Positions 28,512 through 43,098 of a stretch of 64,000 bases of DNA are shown here, one piece after another; the first letter of the stretch is position 1; each line of letters begins with the position of its first letter. This stretch comes from Neoconidiobolus thromboides FSU 785. Lineage: Eukaryota > Fungi > Entomophthoromycota. Under the pieces are notes generated by a model, which worked only from the letters and a program-made list of their open reading frames with translations, did not search any database and was not told the DNA's origin. Position numbers and translations under genes: made by a program. The stretch lies in contig MU626268.1 of assembly GCA_025603075.1 (NCBI GenBank), positions 124,001-188,000 of the forward strand, written 5' to 3'.

Positions 28512-29252
28512 ATGGTGGGCTCAATAAAACCAAGTAAATTTCAAGTTAGAATGAAAAAATGGGATTGATACTAATATTAAAACTAATATGCTAGAAGAAT
28601 GTAAACAAAATGAAATACCAAGTCATATGGGGGATGTTATGTCTTGTTTAGAGACTTCGTTAATTATTAAAGGTAATTACTCCCCAATAGAAAGGATCGC
28701 ATTGACAGCTAATGGTAATTTACAAAGGATTTTAAGGTAATGAGCTATTATTGTTTATGATGGATAGAGCTAATGCTTCTTTAGTGCTTTTTACAATTCT
28801 AAAATTAAAGTCGAGATAGTAAAAAATGTACAAAGAGATTTAGAACAAGGTTCAGAATCGATTATATTTGATCGTGAAGTTGATTTGGTTTGTAACGATA
28901 AGGTAAAATTGAAATTACAGAACTTTTTCTTATTCCATAGTTAATGAAATAGATATTATGTAGTGCTAAAAGTGTAATAACTGTTGAAAAAGAAGAATAT
29001 AAATCAATGATTAAAAGTCAGCAAGTTGGTGTGGGTCAACTTTTTAGGTAATTTTATACTATTATCCTTTGTAAAATAGATCTTAATTATTTAATTAGAG
29101 TTTTAAGTATTCTACCTAAATTTAGATTAATAGAAGTTGGAAGATTAGATTCAGACAATAGATTATATCGCACATATTCATTAAGTGCTGAAGGCGTTGA
29201 TTGTTTAATTACTGAAACCTTCGCTAAAGATATCTTTCAATTCTCAGATTAA
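28512..29252 (+). CDS. chorismate-lyase/UTRA-fold protein (UbiC/DUF98-like), 5 exons
   Basis: Absent from the ORF track. Spliced: ERIALTANGNLQRILSAFYN...FDREVDLVC...GVGQLFR...LYRTYSL...CLITETF; all introns GT-AG with frame preserved; fold assignment by motif resemblance; first exon less certain. Confidence 0.7.
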
Positions 29253-29546
29253 TTTTATGTAGTTTTTAAAAATTTCCTTTTTGATTTATACTAAATTATA
29301 TCAAATAAATTGTTAAATTTTATGTTTAATAAAAAAATTGGATTTCATATTAGTAATGAAATATTACATTAAAAGATGAGCAAAGGATTAGGTTTTAATA
29401 ATATATAAATTATAAAGTAGACGTAAATACAAAAAAGTTATAAAGTTAGATAAAAGGATGAGGTATAGTTAGTAACTAATTCATTAAATGAACAGTATAC
29501 TATTGAAATTCTAAGTCTTAATACAATTTTCTATTTAAACTTGTTA

Positions 29547-31515
29547 TTAAAAATATCGGTTAAGTACATCTTCTGCTCCTGGATTCAAACTATATGGTTC
29601 CGGTTTCCTACTTGGATTCTTTTTAGGTGCTCCAAAAAATAACTTTTTTAAACTGGAACGTGAACTTCCTGAAAGTTCTTTGTTGCTACCCTCAGTTCGA
29701 TTCGAACAATCGGAAGAAGTAGATGGCCTATGTCCATCCATCCTATTGGGACTTACATTCATATGATTTGGTGTATACGTTGGTATCTGTGTCGATATCT
29801 GTGTTGATATCTGTGTTGATACCATTGTAGACTTTGGTTTGGGCTTAGGTTGTCTAATTTCCTTAAATGATTGAGGATTAATATCCAAACCCATTGAACC
29901 CTGTATTGTTTTTTCATATAAATTCATCAATGAACGTGATCGACGTCTAAATGCTTTAGAATCAAGCGGTACTACTGGAGGTGGACAACTCAACTCACCA
30001 AGCCCGTCCGCTTCAACTACTGTTGTTTTTGAAATATTAGGACTTTCTTTCATCTCTGGTTTATTTAATTGTTCATCCGAGTATCTTCTTAATTTAGGTC
30101 CTTCATAATAGTCGTAAGATTTATAATAATTTTCCAAATAAAGCATATCCACAGACATCTTTTTGGGATCTTTACTGCGCTTTGATGGTAAAGATTCTAA
30201 TGGATAATCTTCTAAAAGTAACTCTTCTAAATCATATGTCATATCAAAATTGTGTTTCTCTGAGCTAGGGCAGAAAGGTGGCCTTAACATCTTTTTCTCT
30301 AATAAATCCCATTCAATACCATTAAATAATGGCAACCTTTGAATTGAAAAGAACCCTGTTTTTCCACTTCCTAACCTTTGGTTCGGATTTTTATTTAATA
30401 ACTTTTGAACAAACTCAAAAAACAATGGACTTAATTCAAGCACTGTATGAACATTAAAATCAATATGTTGTTCTAAGATACATTCCTTCTTCCTCGTCCT
30501 TTTGATACTATCATAAAATGGTGTTTTTCCATATATTCCTTCATAAAACGTAATTCCTAATGACCACCAATCTACCCCATAACTATATCCCTGATCACCA
30601 ACCATTTCAGGTGCTATTAAAAATACAATAAATAACTCATTCTTATTTAGCTGACTGAAAATATTCTTAGACTAATGAAATTTAAAATCTGACTTACCCA
30701 TGTATTGTGCTGTTCCTGAATGAGATTTCAATAAATGGTTTGGTTGAATATAAGCAGCAATATTAAAATCTGTTAAATGGGCATGACCTAATTAATTAGT
30801 AAACTGGATTCAAAATTTTAATTTATTACCTTTTTCGTCTAACAATATATTATCTGGTTTAATGTCCCTAAGTTAATATGTATCAAATTTTCAATTTTAC
30901 CCTTAATTAAATTTACCTATGAATAATATTTTTTGAATGAAGGTAGCCAATAGCAGAAGATATTTCAGCAGCTAAAAAGATCAACTCATCTTCCGAAAAT
31001 TTACGACGATGTAAATGAAATCTTAAATCACCTCCCAACATTAAATCCAAGGCCATATACAAATTATAATCATCTTGAAATGCATATCTTAAATTACAAA
31101 CAAAAGGATGTGATAGCCCTTCTAACATATTTCTTTCCCTTATAATATTTTTACTCATTTTTCGTTTGATCAAGTCTTCTTTTGAAAAATATTTTAGTGC
31201 CAACTTTGCTTTTGTTATCTTATGCTCAATTATCCGAACCTATATATTCTAATTTTAATACTCCAATACTTGTGATAGTCTTTAATAAATTTTTAGCTGC
31301 ATGTATGTTGCTAATTTTTAGCCTTTTAGTATACTTACTTTTCCAAAGCTACCTCGGCCAATTGAACGTAACAATTTAAAATGGGTTAGATCCACTTTAT
31401 AAAATAAGAAGGGTTATTAAAATGTCCATAATATACAATGAATTTAAGAGTGTAAATTTAAGTAGAAATATATACCATCTTCATTCATATAAGATTTATT
31501 CTGTTGATTACCCAT
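29547..31515 (-). CDS. YANK/STK32-like AGC Ser/Thr kinase (multi-exon)
   Basis: MGNQ start (possible myristoylation), VDLTHFKLLRSIGRGSFGKV, ALKY, GGDLRFHL, HRDIKPDNILLD, TDFN, SGTAQYMAPE, VDWWSLG. Confidence 0.9.
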
Positions 31516-33618
31516 TTTATTGAAGGAGTTGATAAAAAAATGTAATGAAAAAAATGGTCTAATGAATATTAACTTTAATTAAAATACCCTTTAGTCTAAA
31601 AATAAATAAAAGCCATTAAAATGAATAAACTCTATCAACCAATTAAACTTGTTATTCACCCCTAGTCAGATCAAACTTAATTGGTTAGATCGGTTTTATC
31701 TGCTACACTCAAGTTGCCTAAGTTCCATGAATTATTATACCATGGTTATTTTAGTACTAAATTTACATATTAAGTAAATCTTCAGCTTACCGTTCAAATA
31801 AATTTCAATCTAAAAATTATGTTGAAAGAATTATACTTTTTTTGAATTTTATTAGTAGTTTTAGGTTTTTAGCTTAATAATGAACAGAAAACTGTAAGAA
31901 AAAAACATTACCATTGTTTTTTTTTGAGATTCTAAGTCTTCCCCTCATTGTTAGTTGTAAGTTTGCGTGACTTCAAGTTAATTTTCGATCTAGATTTTAA
32001 AATTTCAAGAGGTCAATTTAAATAAAGTTAGTAGTAAGATATATAATATATTAAAAAATGGAGTTTATTTTATAAAGAATATATCTAATACATTGCTATT
32101 TTTTACTTTGGTTATTTTTTTGAAATGAAGCAATATTACATCAAATAAACTTCATTAAATTCTTAAAATAGCAATAAATTCACAAGTGGCTTATTAACAA
32201 AATAATACAAATGAAAGGTTAATAGAGGGGAGTTATGATTAAAGCGAAAATGTATCCAGATTTCTTTTGACAAGTTGATAAATTTAAGCTCCAGGATCCA
32301 TATAGCAGCCTTATAATACTCGAGTTTGTTAATTTGAATTGTATACTATGATGCAACAATGAATGAATTATACCTTATAGTATATTAAATAGCCATAAAA
32401 AGCACTTCAATTTTTTTGATATCATTATCTCTTACTCCATTAGATCATAATTTATTTTTAATAAAGTATCTGGGCACATATCGCTTTCAAGCAGTTTGAA
32501 AATATAGTATGGCTCCAATATTTTAGATTTTATTATTGTGCTGAAATTTATAAAAATGCCCCTTATTAAGTATACTGAAGTACCAGCAAATAAAGTTAAT
32601 GAAAACATAACTTCTGGTTTCATTTTTTGTCCATTTTTTATTCGAAAAATAGAAAAGCTATTAAATACTGAAATAAGGTGTTCCTGTACGTTGATAACGA
32701 TTTATTAAACATACATCGAAAACGAGTGTACAAGGTGGTAGAGTAAGTTACTGTGTGGCTATTAAAAACAATAAGCTGTAACTATATAGCAGCTAATGAG
32801 ATCCAATAAATTGTTATTGAAATAGAAGTAGAATAAAGCTCATTAAGACTATTATAGATAACTAGGTGATTGAAATGAATTTATAGGATAAACAAAGTGA
32901 CTCTGAGCCAAAACGCTTTAATAACAAATGAAATATAGTACTAACTGCTCTTGATAAAAAATCATACAAATCGAGTAATTAAACATCACTTTTTTAACAA
33001 ATTCTAATGTTAATATAAAATGAGCAGATGCTATTAAGAAATTCAATAATTTTAGAATTGTTAAAATGGCAAGGGTAATATTAATAGAAAGTTAAAGCAA
33101 AGATGGTTAATGAATTTGTAATTTATTAATAAGTTAAATCAAAAATGTAGTAGTCAGATTCAAGTATAAACGACATTGAAATCATAAATAACAGTAGTAA
33201 ATGAGCTACAAAGATTAATATAAATCTTTACCATTAATCTTAGGATACTCTAGCGCAACCGAATTCATTAAATAAAGTAATTGCGACTCTGAGCTCCTAG
33301 ACATTGTTAAGAGAAATACAGTTATTAGAATTTTGATTTATATACTTTTTTGAAAAGTAAATGTATTGTGATTGGCTATTACAATTTTGTAAAAAAACTG
33401 TGAATGAAATTGAAATCAATGGAGCCAATTAGAGTCGAGATTTGAAAAATTCAATCCCAAAGGGATTATTAATAGAAACGAAAAAGGGATTTTAAAATTT
33501 ACTTGAAAATTTTTTCAAACGGAATTTCTATTCTTATGAATTGAAAAAATTTTCAATTCAAGTTAAAAATATCTTCAAATAGAAAAAATTGTTGGAAATT
33601 AAAACTCTGGAAACTATA

Positions 33619-33724
33619 ATATGAGGATGTATTTTTGTGTTTAAGAATTTTACTAACAAAATTTCCGCTTAAATGGTGCTTAAAAAACGTAAAAAGTAAC
33701 AAAGTCAGAAAAACATTTCCATAT
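33619..33724 (-). mobile_element. MITE family A copy
   Basis: ATAT-GAGGATGT...ACATTTCC-ATAT. Confidence 0.9.
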
Positions 33725-35589
33725 ATAAAATTTAAAAAAAAAATAACTATTAAAATGTATAAAACTATATAGAAAAATAAGTTACAATCATATACAATTT
33801 TTATTAAAAATGATGCTATCAAATACACTCCTTAATTATAGACTAATATGCTTTTAGATATATGGCTTCAAAAGTACATAATTCATAAAAATATTTTTTT
33901 GTCTAAACCCAAATATTCTAAGAAAAGTGTTGTAAATCTACTATTTTCCTGTGCTTTTTCAATATTATTATTTTACTGATTGTATAACTAGATATATACT
34001 ATAGGATAAATAGTATTTAAATGATGATATATTTACAGATATATAATTCACTGAACTAATAACCTCAGATTATTGAATAGTAAGATATTGATGGCAATAA
34101 CATTTGATAATTTTATTAATATTTCCAAAGGTTTTATATCGAACATTTAAATTATCAATAAAAATATATAGGATCACTGTTGTTAAAAGTATTACAATGG
34201 CTACTGTAAAAGCTAAGCAGATTTTAAATACCCTTGTTACAATAGTAATATACATGCTAAAATTCTAATTTATATACACAAGGCAAAACTTAATACGAAA
34301 TATATTAAGTTGCCAATAATATTTTAAAAAATCAGGATAATCTAAGACATAAATAAGCTAAAATAAACAGTTTTATAAATCACAAATGCTATTCTAGAAA
34401 TGGAATAGTTTAGTAGTATAGTGGTACTTTAACTTCAAATTTGTAAATCAAAGAAGGAGGATTATGTTGTTACTTCATATTTTGGGCAGACAGCTTGATG
34501 TTAGCCAAGTATTATAGGGCTGACCCAAAGATAATTGAATAATTAAAAAATATATAACGAAACTTGATAAAAGGTATATCTTCTCGGGTTTAAATCAACA
34601 TGATTTTATTAAAAGACTAATTAAATAAAGAAGGTACCAACTAAATATAACATTTTTTAATTTGAAAACAGTGATCTAAAGATCAAGCTTCTGGTCATCA
34701 TTGATTGCAAGTATGACTGTATAATTAGCAATAGTTATAATGCTCAAACTATTTCCATACCTTATATGTTATAGTGATTTTTAATAAAATAACAATAGCT
34801 CAATGGTTTGTAGTTTTTTTATATCAAATTTTACTGACCATTTTTAATTTGTCGCTTATTCTTGGAATACCCCTTTGATACATGAAGCCCATTGACAAAG
34901 TTATACTTAGATAATGCCACTATTTAAATAAAATACAAGTAAATTATTATAAGCTACTGGAGATCTTAAGGAGTATGAAGCTCAGATAGTTTATCAGTAT
35001 TAGTGCTCTGCTTTATGCTATCAGATGCCCTATCTGATATGTGGTTAAGTTATATGCTATAGAACTCTGATATTTAGATCATTCTTTTTGAAAAAAACTG
35101 TACTAGTTTTATAATATATAAGTAAAATTATAACTGCAATCAATAATATTGAAGCTTTCGTATGTCAATGTTTATTTTATGTTAAGGTTTTGCTTAATAT
35201 TTAAACCTCAATATTACTATATTGAATACTTAAACTTTCATATTGTTATATTAAATAGTTTTTTGAATCTTTGGGTCTTTATATTGATCACACTTTAACT
35301 TGAGGAAAAAATTTTAAATCGGATTTTTAATGATTATAAAATTTAATGACGATACAGTAAAACAGAGGAAACAAATGAACAGCTCATAAAGCAGGTTTAT
35401 AAAAAGGAAATAGCAGAAAGTGTAATATGGAGCATGACGATCATAAAATTACAGGGGTTGTGTTTTATTTTTTATAATTTGGTTTCTTAAAATCCTTCAA
35501 ATAAAGAAGTTATATTTATATTATTACCTTTGTAGTAGTATGATATACAATCTTTGTTTTTATTGATTTTTTTAAATATTACCTTAAGG

Positions 35590-35704
35590 ATATGAGGATT
35601 TGTTTTTTGTTCAAGAATTTTACTAACAACCTTCCCATTCAAATAGCGCTTAAAAAGTGTGAAAAGTAATAAAGTATATAAAAATAAAAAAATATTTTAA
35701 CCTC
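35590..35704 (-). mobile_element. MITE family A copy, distal end degenerate
   Basis: ATAT-GAGGATTT...AAGAATTTTACTAACAACCTTCCCATTCAAATAGCGCTT. Confidence 0.8.
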
Positions 35705-35709
35705 GAAAG

Positions 35710-36290
35710 GTAAAATCAAATAATAGTAAATTAGCTTATTTTGAGAAGCAATGTATATTTTATGGCTTAATTTATCATGGTAAACAGAACATATTAACTT
35801 ATATCGTCTCTGTTCCCTCACCCTTTAGTCTAGCTATAGTTTATATCGAAAAATAGGGAATATGTTTCAAACTAGGGTATTTAATATTCAAATAGATGTC
35901 AATTTGTTTTTACTAAGTATTCTTTTTTATATAGTATATTATCTAAAGTTAAGGTTTATTACCAAGTTATTTATCATCCCAACCCTAGTATTTTTTACTC
36001 CAGTGCAGGCCAGTTCAACAAAAGTTATCTAGTATTTTCTTTTAAATTAGAACTTTAACTATATCCGTAAAATTATATAGATCAATTTATTTTACATCAT
36101 TACTTTGAGAAAAGATCACCAACCTTTATAGACAAGCTTTTCAATTATTTTCTGTAGCACCATTATTTATACCAAAAGTCATGCTTTACTTTGGTTATAA
36201 TCCTTCTTATAAACATTATACCATGGATGAAGTTTCTAAAGAAATAATTGATTTTAAAAAGAGCAAGGACTACTATTAATTGTAAACAAA
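35710..36290 (+). pseudogene. decayed MPO1/DUF962 paralog
   Basis: Colinear with 37679-38260 at nucleotide level (YFEKQCIFYG, IQIDVNL, HHYFEKRSP, GYNPSYKHYTMD); no ATG, at least two frameshifts, conserved His codons changed. Confidence 0.9.
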
Positions 36291-36428
36291 TTTCCCCGAA
36301 GCTCCCGTTTTTGTTTTAATTACTGATGATAATGATATTGTTTAATAAGTTTAGTTCTTAAATAAAAAAATACGTCCCTATATGAAAAGTTAAAAAAACA
36401 GTTAAGAAATTAACTTCTTATTACATAT

Positions 36429-36533
36429 ATATCACGATGTTTTTTTGTCTTCATTAATTTTTCCATTTTTAAGCCCTGTTTGAGTGGAAAGATTGCTACC
36501 AAAATTCTTAAATGAAAAGATACATCCTCATAT
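36429..36533 (+). mobile_element. MITE family A copy
   Basis: ATAT-CACGATGT...ACATCCTC-ATAT. Confidence 0.85.
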
Positions 36534-37678
36534 ATATTCTAAGTAGTTTAAAACAACTATAAATTTAACTCCTTTGGAAAAAAATAGCCCTCTATTTTTT
36601 AGCATTTATGCGCAATTATCTTTTTTGCAATAAGTTAATGAGAAAAAAGTTTAGCCCTAGCTATAAATTAATTTGTTACAGTAGTTTATTTTAATGACAT
36701 AATGGTGACTTTAAAGCCGTATAATTTATTGTCACTTTATTAGATCTTCTTTGGTTAATTATTCATGAACTATATATTTGATACTTAATGTTTATTAACA
36801 GAGTTACTCAGAAAGTATAATAAATTATTTCAAATATTCTTAAAAGCCATTAACTTTTGGCACTCCATCAGTACTTATACTTTGCTTTATTTAGTTAAAT
36901 GTATAATATAATATATAAACATCCTATGTGTGACAAACTTCAACATTTGGAAAATTATATCTTTATACTGTATATCTTAGTTCAAATAAAAAAATGGCTA
37001 TATGTATATAACTTAAATAACTATAATAATTAAAAGTTACACAATTTTTGTATAATAAATTATGTTTTATGTAAGGCACTGTTTGGTATTTAGATCCTAA
37101 TATCGTTATAACGTATACTTTTTCAAGTATTAAGTTATATCAAATGTTTTTTTGAACCTTCCAGCAAAAGTTTGAGATTTTCTTAGGCGGTAGAGAATAG
37201 AAATAATACGACAAGGTGGGAGAATAAAGTGATGATCCATAAACAAATCCTTTAAATAAAGTCTACAGCAAAGGATGGTTGAAGAATGTTATATAAAAAA
37301 TTATCGTAAGGTTTTATTTGGTCATTCTTAGATCTCCTTTTTTCTAAAATATCAAATTAAAAGCATTAATTTTATTAATAACATTTTTGTGACTATATAG
37401 CTTATAATACTTACCCCTATTTGGTTTTCAAGATGTAAACATAAGAATATACTTTTAACATATTAGGTAAAATATGTAATTTTAATAATTGGTTATACAG
37501 CGTTTATAATATTTATCACCATACTAATAACATGAAATGATTAACTCATATTGTAACTAATTTCAAAGGATAAAGAACTACTTATAGACTTTGATTCTGA
37601 AACAAAGTCTAAGGGTGAATAAAGCGCATACTTCTGAAAACATATAAATATGTAAATTTTTATTTTAAATTTTAGAAA

Positions 37679-38260
37679 ATGAAACCAAATAATAAACTGA
37701 CTTATTTTGAAAAGCAATACATATTTTATGGCTCATTTCATCATGATAAATGGAATATACTGACCCATGTCATCTTTGTGCCACTGATTCTTTGGACTAG
37801 CTTAGGTTTGTTTGAGAAAATTGGAAATATATATGAAACTAAAATATTTAATACCCAAATAGACATCAATTTGTCTTTACTAACAGCTCTTTTTTATATT
37901 GCTTACTATTTAAAACTAGAATTTGTTGCAGGGTTACTCATTACACCAATCTTGCTATTTTTTAATTGGAGTGCAGTCCAGTTCAATAGAAACTATCCTG
38001 TACTTTCACTTAAAGTAGAAATCGGGCTATTTATTGTTAGTTGGGTAGCCCAATTCGCTTCACATTATTACTTTGAAAAAAGGGCACCAGCCCTTTTAGA
38101 TGGTCTTTTTCAAGCACTATCTTTGGCTCCACTATTTGTGTTTTTAGAAATTTTATTTTACCTAGGCTATAACCCTTCTTACAAAGACTATACGATGGAC
38201 ATAATTTCTAAAGAGGTATTTGAGTATAAACAAGAAAAGGCTGCTATTTATTCTAAATAA
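37679..38260 (+). CDS. MPO1: Mpo1-like (DUF962) 2-hydroxy fatty acid dioxygenase, paralog 1, intronless
   Basis: FYGSFHHDKWNILTHVIFVPLI...W.AQFASHY.FEKRAPALLD.LFQALSLAPLFVFLE.LF.LGY. Confidence 0.9.
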   Translation: MKPNNKLTYFEKQYIFYGSFHHDKWNILTHVIFVPLILWTSLGLFEKIGNIYETKIFNTQIDINLSLLTALFYIAYYLKLEFVAGLLITPILLFFNWSAVQFNRNYPVLSLKVEIGLFIVSWVAQFASHYYFEKRAPALLDGLFQALSLAPLFVFLEILFYLGYNPSYKDYTMDIISKEVFEYKQEKAAIYSK

Positions 38261-38816
38261 AATCCCCCAAGCTTCAACTTTTGAATTAGTAATGATATTC
38301 ATTGTTTAATTTAATTTAATTCACATGTGAGGTAATTTCATCTTTATTTTAAATTAACAATTTTAACTAGAAATTTTTAAATATTTTGTGTTGTTATATG
38401 ATATGGTTCACTTCTATTTCATACTTACATATTAATACATCTTGATTATACAATTATCTATAATTCTATTGATCTTAATAATATATGCTCATAGAATGAT
38501 TAAGTAATGTGAGTAAATCTTATTTAAATCAGAAACGAATTAATAAAAATGGAAAAGAATGTGACATAATATAAACGATATAATAATCTATTCTCTATAA
38601 TATTATTGCAATTTAGATTCCACTCATTTTTTTAGTCATAGCGCTAGTTATGGTATGTATTACTATAGTGTAAATATATTAAATCCCAATATCAAAATAT
38701 AAGCCATCATAAAATCATACTCTAAAAAAGGAAAGCAGCTACAATTCATCAACTTAGAAAATTATAAATAGATAAAAAAATCAATTTAATCTTTATTTTC
38801 TTCAAAATATAATATC

Positions 38817-39407
38817 ATGTTAAAAAAGTATTCCAAAGATCAACTCTCTTATTTCGAAAAACAGTTAGTTTTTTATGGTGCATATCACAATACACCTGGT
38901 AATGTAGTCATACATTGTATCTTTGTGCCTTTGATTGCTTGGACAACATTAGGTTTATTGTCTCAAGTAGGTGATGTATTTAGTATCCACCTATTTAATC
39001 AAGTATATAATATTGATCTATCAATGTTATTAACTTTAACTTATGTGACTTACTATATCAAGTCAGAATTTACTGCTGGGGTATTAATTACGCCAATTTT
39101 AGTATTCGTGAACTGGAGTGTTATAAAATATAACCAAGCGAATCCTAAATCTAGTCTAAGTTTTGAGCTTTTATTGTTTATTATTAGTTGGTTAGCTCAA
39201 TTTGCTTCTCACTTTTTTATTGAAAAGAGATCACCAGCATTAATAGACGGTTTCTTCCAAGCCGTATCTTTAGCCCCATTATTTGTCTTCTTGGAAATAT
39301 TATTTCAATTAGGTTACAATCCTTCATATAAACCTAAGGTTATGTCTTTAATTTCATTAGAGATCGGGAGTTTTAAAGCAGAGCAAATAAAAAGCAATAA
39401 ACAATAA
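38817..39407 (+). CDS. MPO1: Mpo1-like (DUF962) dioxygenase, paralog 2, intronless
   Basis: QLVFYGAYHNTPGNVVIHCIFVPLI...QFASHFFIEKRSPAL.D.FFQA..LAPLFVFLE. Confidence 0.9.
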   Translation: MLKKYSKDQLSYFEKQLVFYGAYHNTPGNVVIHCIFVPLIAWTTLGLLSQVGDVFSIHLFNQVYNIDLSMLLTLTYVTYYIKSEFTAGVLITPILVFVNWSVIKYNQANPKSSLSFELLLFIISWLAQFASHFFIEKRSPALIDGFFQAVSLAPLFVFLEILFQLGYNPSYKPKVMSLISLEIGSFKAEQIKSNKQ

Positions 39408-39931
39408 AATATGTCTTTAAAGGTATAATATTTAATATTCAATATTGAATTTTATTTTTACAATAAAATTTTGTCTTCGGAATAATCCACCCGCTCTTAT
39501 AAGGATCTTATTTATTTTTAATAATATATTTGTGATATTTTCGTAAATTTAACTTTACTCGAAATTAAAAGAGTATAGTTGGATTTCCCACCTATTAGTG
39601 AAAATTTTCCATAAAAAATTATTTTTCGCATCAGTAGTTTTTCAACTAGTTGTATGCTTGAGATAATCTTAGATTGATTGGATATCTGAGGTCCCCTTTT
39701 AATTATTAGATGACGTTTAATTTCACCTACAGATGTTAAAGTTCAATTATGCTCTATCTAGCGTTTACCTTATAATTAACATTTCTATTTAAGTATATCC
39801 TTTAGAGATTGATATTTAACTTTATATTAAAATGAACCACTAGAAACTGCACAATTAAACTTAAAAATTGTATTAGGTACAAATTAAAGACAAAGCAATT
39901 GAAATGAATTAGTAATTAAGTTCAATTCCAA

Positions 39932-40838
39932 ATGTCAGAAGAAATTGCTAAAAATAAAGAGATTGAAGAAAAGGCAACATTGACTCACCCAAAAGTTACT
40001 TCTTTAAAACAAGTACGATCCAGTGCTAGTTTAAGTGAAAAATTACCTGGAGAGGAAGATAATATCAATAATCCAGAAGAGCATCAGACTGAAATTCAAC
40101 ATTTTAAAGATGAGATTAAAGCAGGAGTGAATTCAATTTCTAATTTTTGGGACGAATTTAAAGATTATTTGGAAGATGCTGAAATTTTTGATTCCTCAGT
40201 TATTATGGTGACTGGGCAAGCTTTTACTGAAATTGCTAATTCCTTTGTGCAAGATATTATTGTCCCCCTTTTTACTACTCTAATTGGTAATGTTAATTTT
40301 CAATTCATTATCAATCTAATTTTTTTATAGGTAGACCAAATGCAACTAACTATTTTGTGGTATTAAAGAAGGGCAAGTCTTTTAACACCAACTATCGCAG
40401 TGCAAAGCAAGCTATTGCCGATGGGGCCCATATATTTCATTATGGGAAATTTATTCAAGTAAAAAATATGCAAGTAATTATCTATTAGTTTTAAAGTTTC
40501 TTTATAGAAAATAGTCAACTTTGTATTCCTGGGTATAACTTTAATAGGCTTTGTTAGAGGTAAATATATGTTTCGATAATATCAAGTATTTTTAAGTTTT
40601 AGTATTTCGTACTATATTGTTTTTCCGTCGACTCCGAAAACTTAAGGAGGAAGAAAGTACTAAGAAATTGAAACAAAGAGAATGCCCTTTTTGTTTCTCA
40701 ACTATTAATTCTAAAGCTTCTCGCTGTCCTAATTGTACTTCTGCTTTGCCAACTTCTTCACTTTCTAGGAACATATCTCCAACTTTGAAGCCTGCATTGA
40801 TGCCACCTATGTCTGATGATCCAACCTTATTGAATTAA
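39932..40838 (+). CDS. mscL: large-conductance mechanosensitive channel MscL with C-terminal CxxC...CxxC zinc ribbon (introns 40287-40330, 40459-40507, 40560-40602)
   Basis: FKDYL...DSSVIMVTGQAFTEIANSFVQDIIVPL (TM1), YGKFIQKIVNF (TM2), RECPFCFSTINSKASRCPNCTS. Confidence 0.8.
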
Positions 40839-40978
40839 TACTCATAAAAGCGTGCTATTTATTCCTATCAAAAACAATTCATATTGATTATAATGAATTA
40901 AATAAATAACTATGTATAAATCACTAGGATATTTTATAAAATACTACAAAAATTTTATTTTGAAATTTTAAATTTAAA

Positions 40979-42547
<1,569 letters not shown>

Positions 42548-42992
42548 TGTGAAGTTCTAATAGTAAAATATATTGAGTCATCTCTTTTACACTCAAATTT
42601 ATAAAGGCTGACTTTGCATTTTAATTGGTTGGAATTATCCTTTTGATCGTTAACCATTTTTGAATTAACCCTATTAGCTTTTTAATTCATGTCACTTTTT
42701 AGACCAGTAATATTCTTTTACCATTGTAAATAGGCTATTTTATTGGATATAATTTAGTCTAAAAGAACCATTTGAAATTTTATCATTTTTGATCAGATAA
42801 AAATTTTCACATTCCACCAATTAATTATCAGGAAATACTTGCATTCATTTGTTTTAGCAAACCATAGATCATTTAGTTATTATTGGCTAAAAATATCACC
42901 AAACACAGTTTTCAGTTTATTGGTCGCGTTTTAAATGAATACAGAATATTTTAAAAAAAATTATAAACTGTTTAAACTCCCAGCCGAGCTTA

Positions 42993-43098
42993 ATATAGAT
43001 ATGTTTCTTTCGCCCAAGGATTCTACTGGCAGTCTTTCCACTCAATAGTACTTATACGGTAAAAATAAAATAAAGTAAAATAAAAGACATCTCCATAT
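42993..43098 (-). mobile_element. MITE family A copy (diverged), shares its right TSD with the next copy
   Basis: ATAT-agatatgt...aaggattctactggcagtctttccactcaatagtactt...ACATCTCC-ATAT. Confidence 0.75.

Noticed and set aside
28625-28640. catatgggggatgtt resembles the MITE terminus
   Set aside because: It lies in frame in an exon (HMGDVM) and no MITE core follows
32800-35100. Integrase-like snippets (NGKGNINRKLK, EYPFDT*)
   Set aside because: Isolated short resemblances with no ordered DDE triad, LTRs or PBS found
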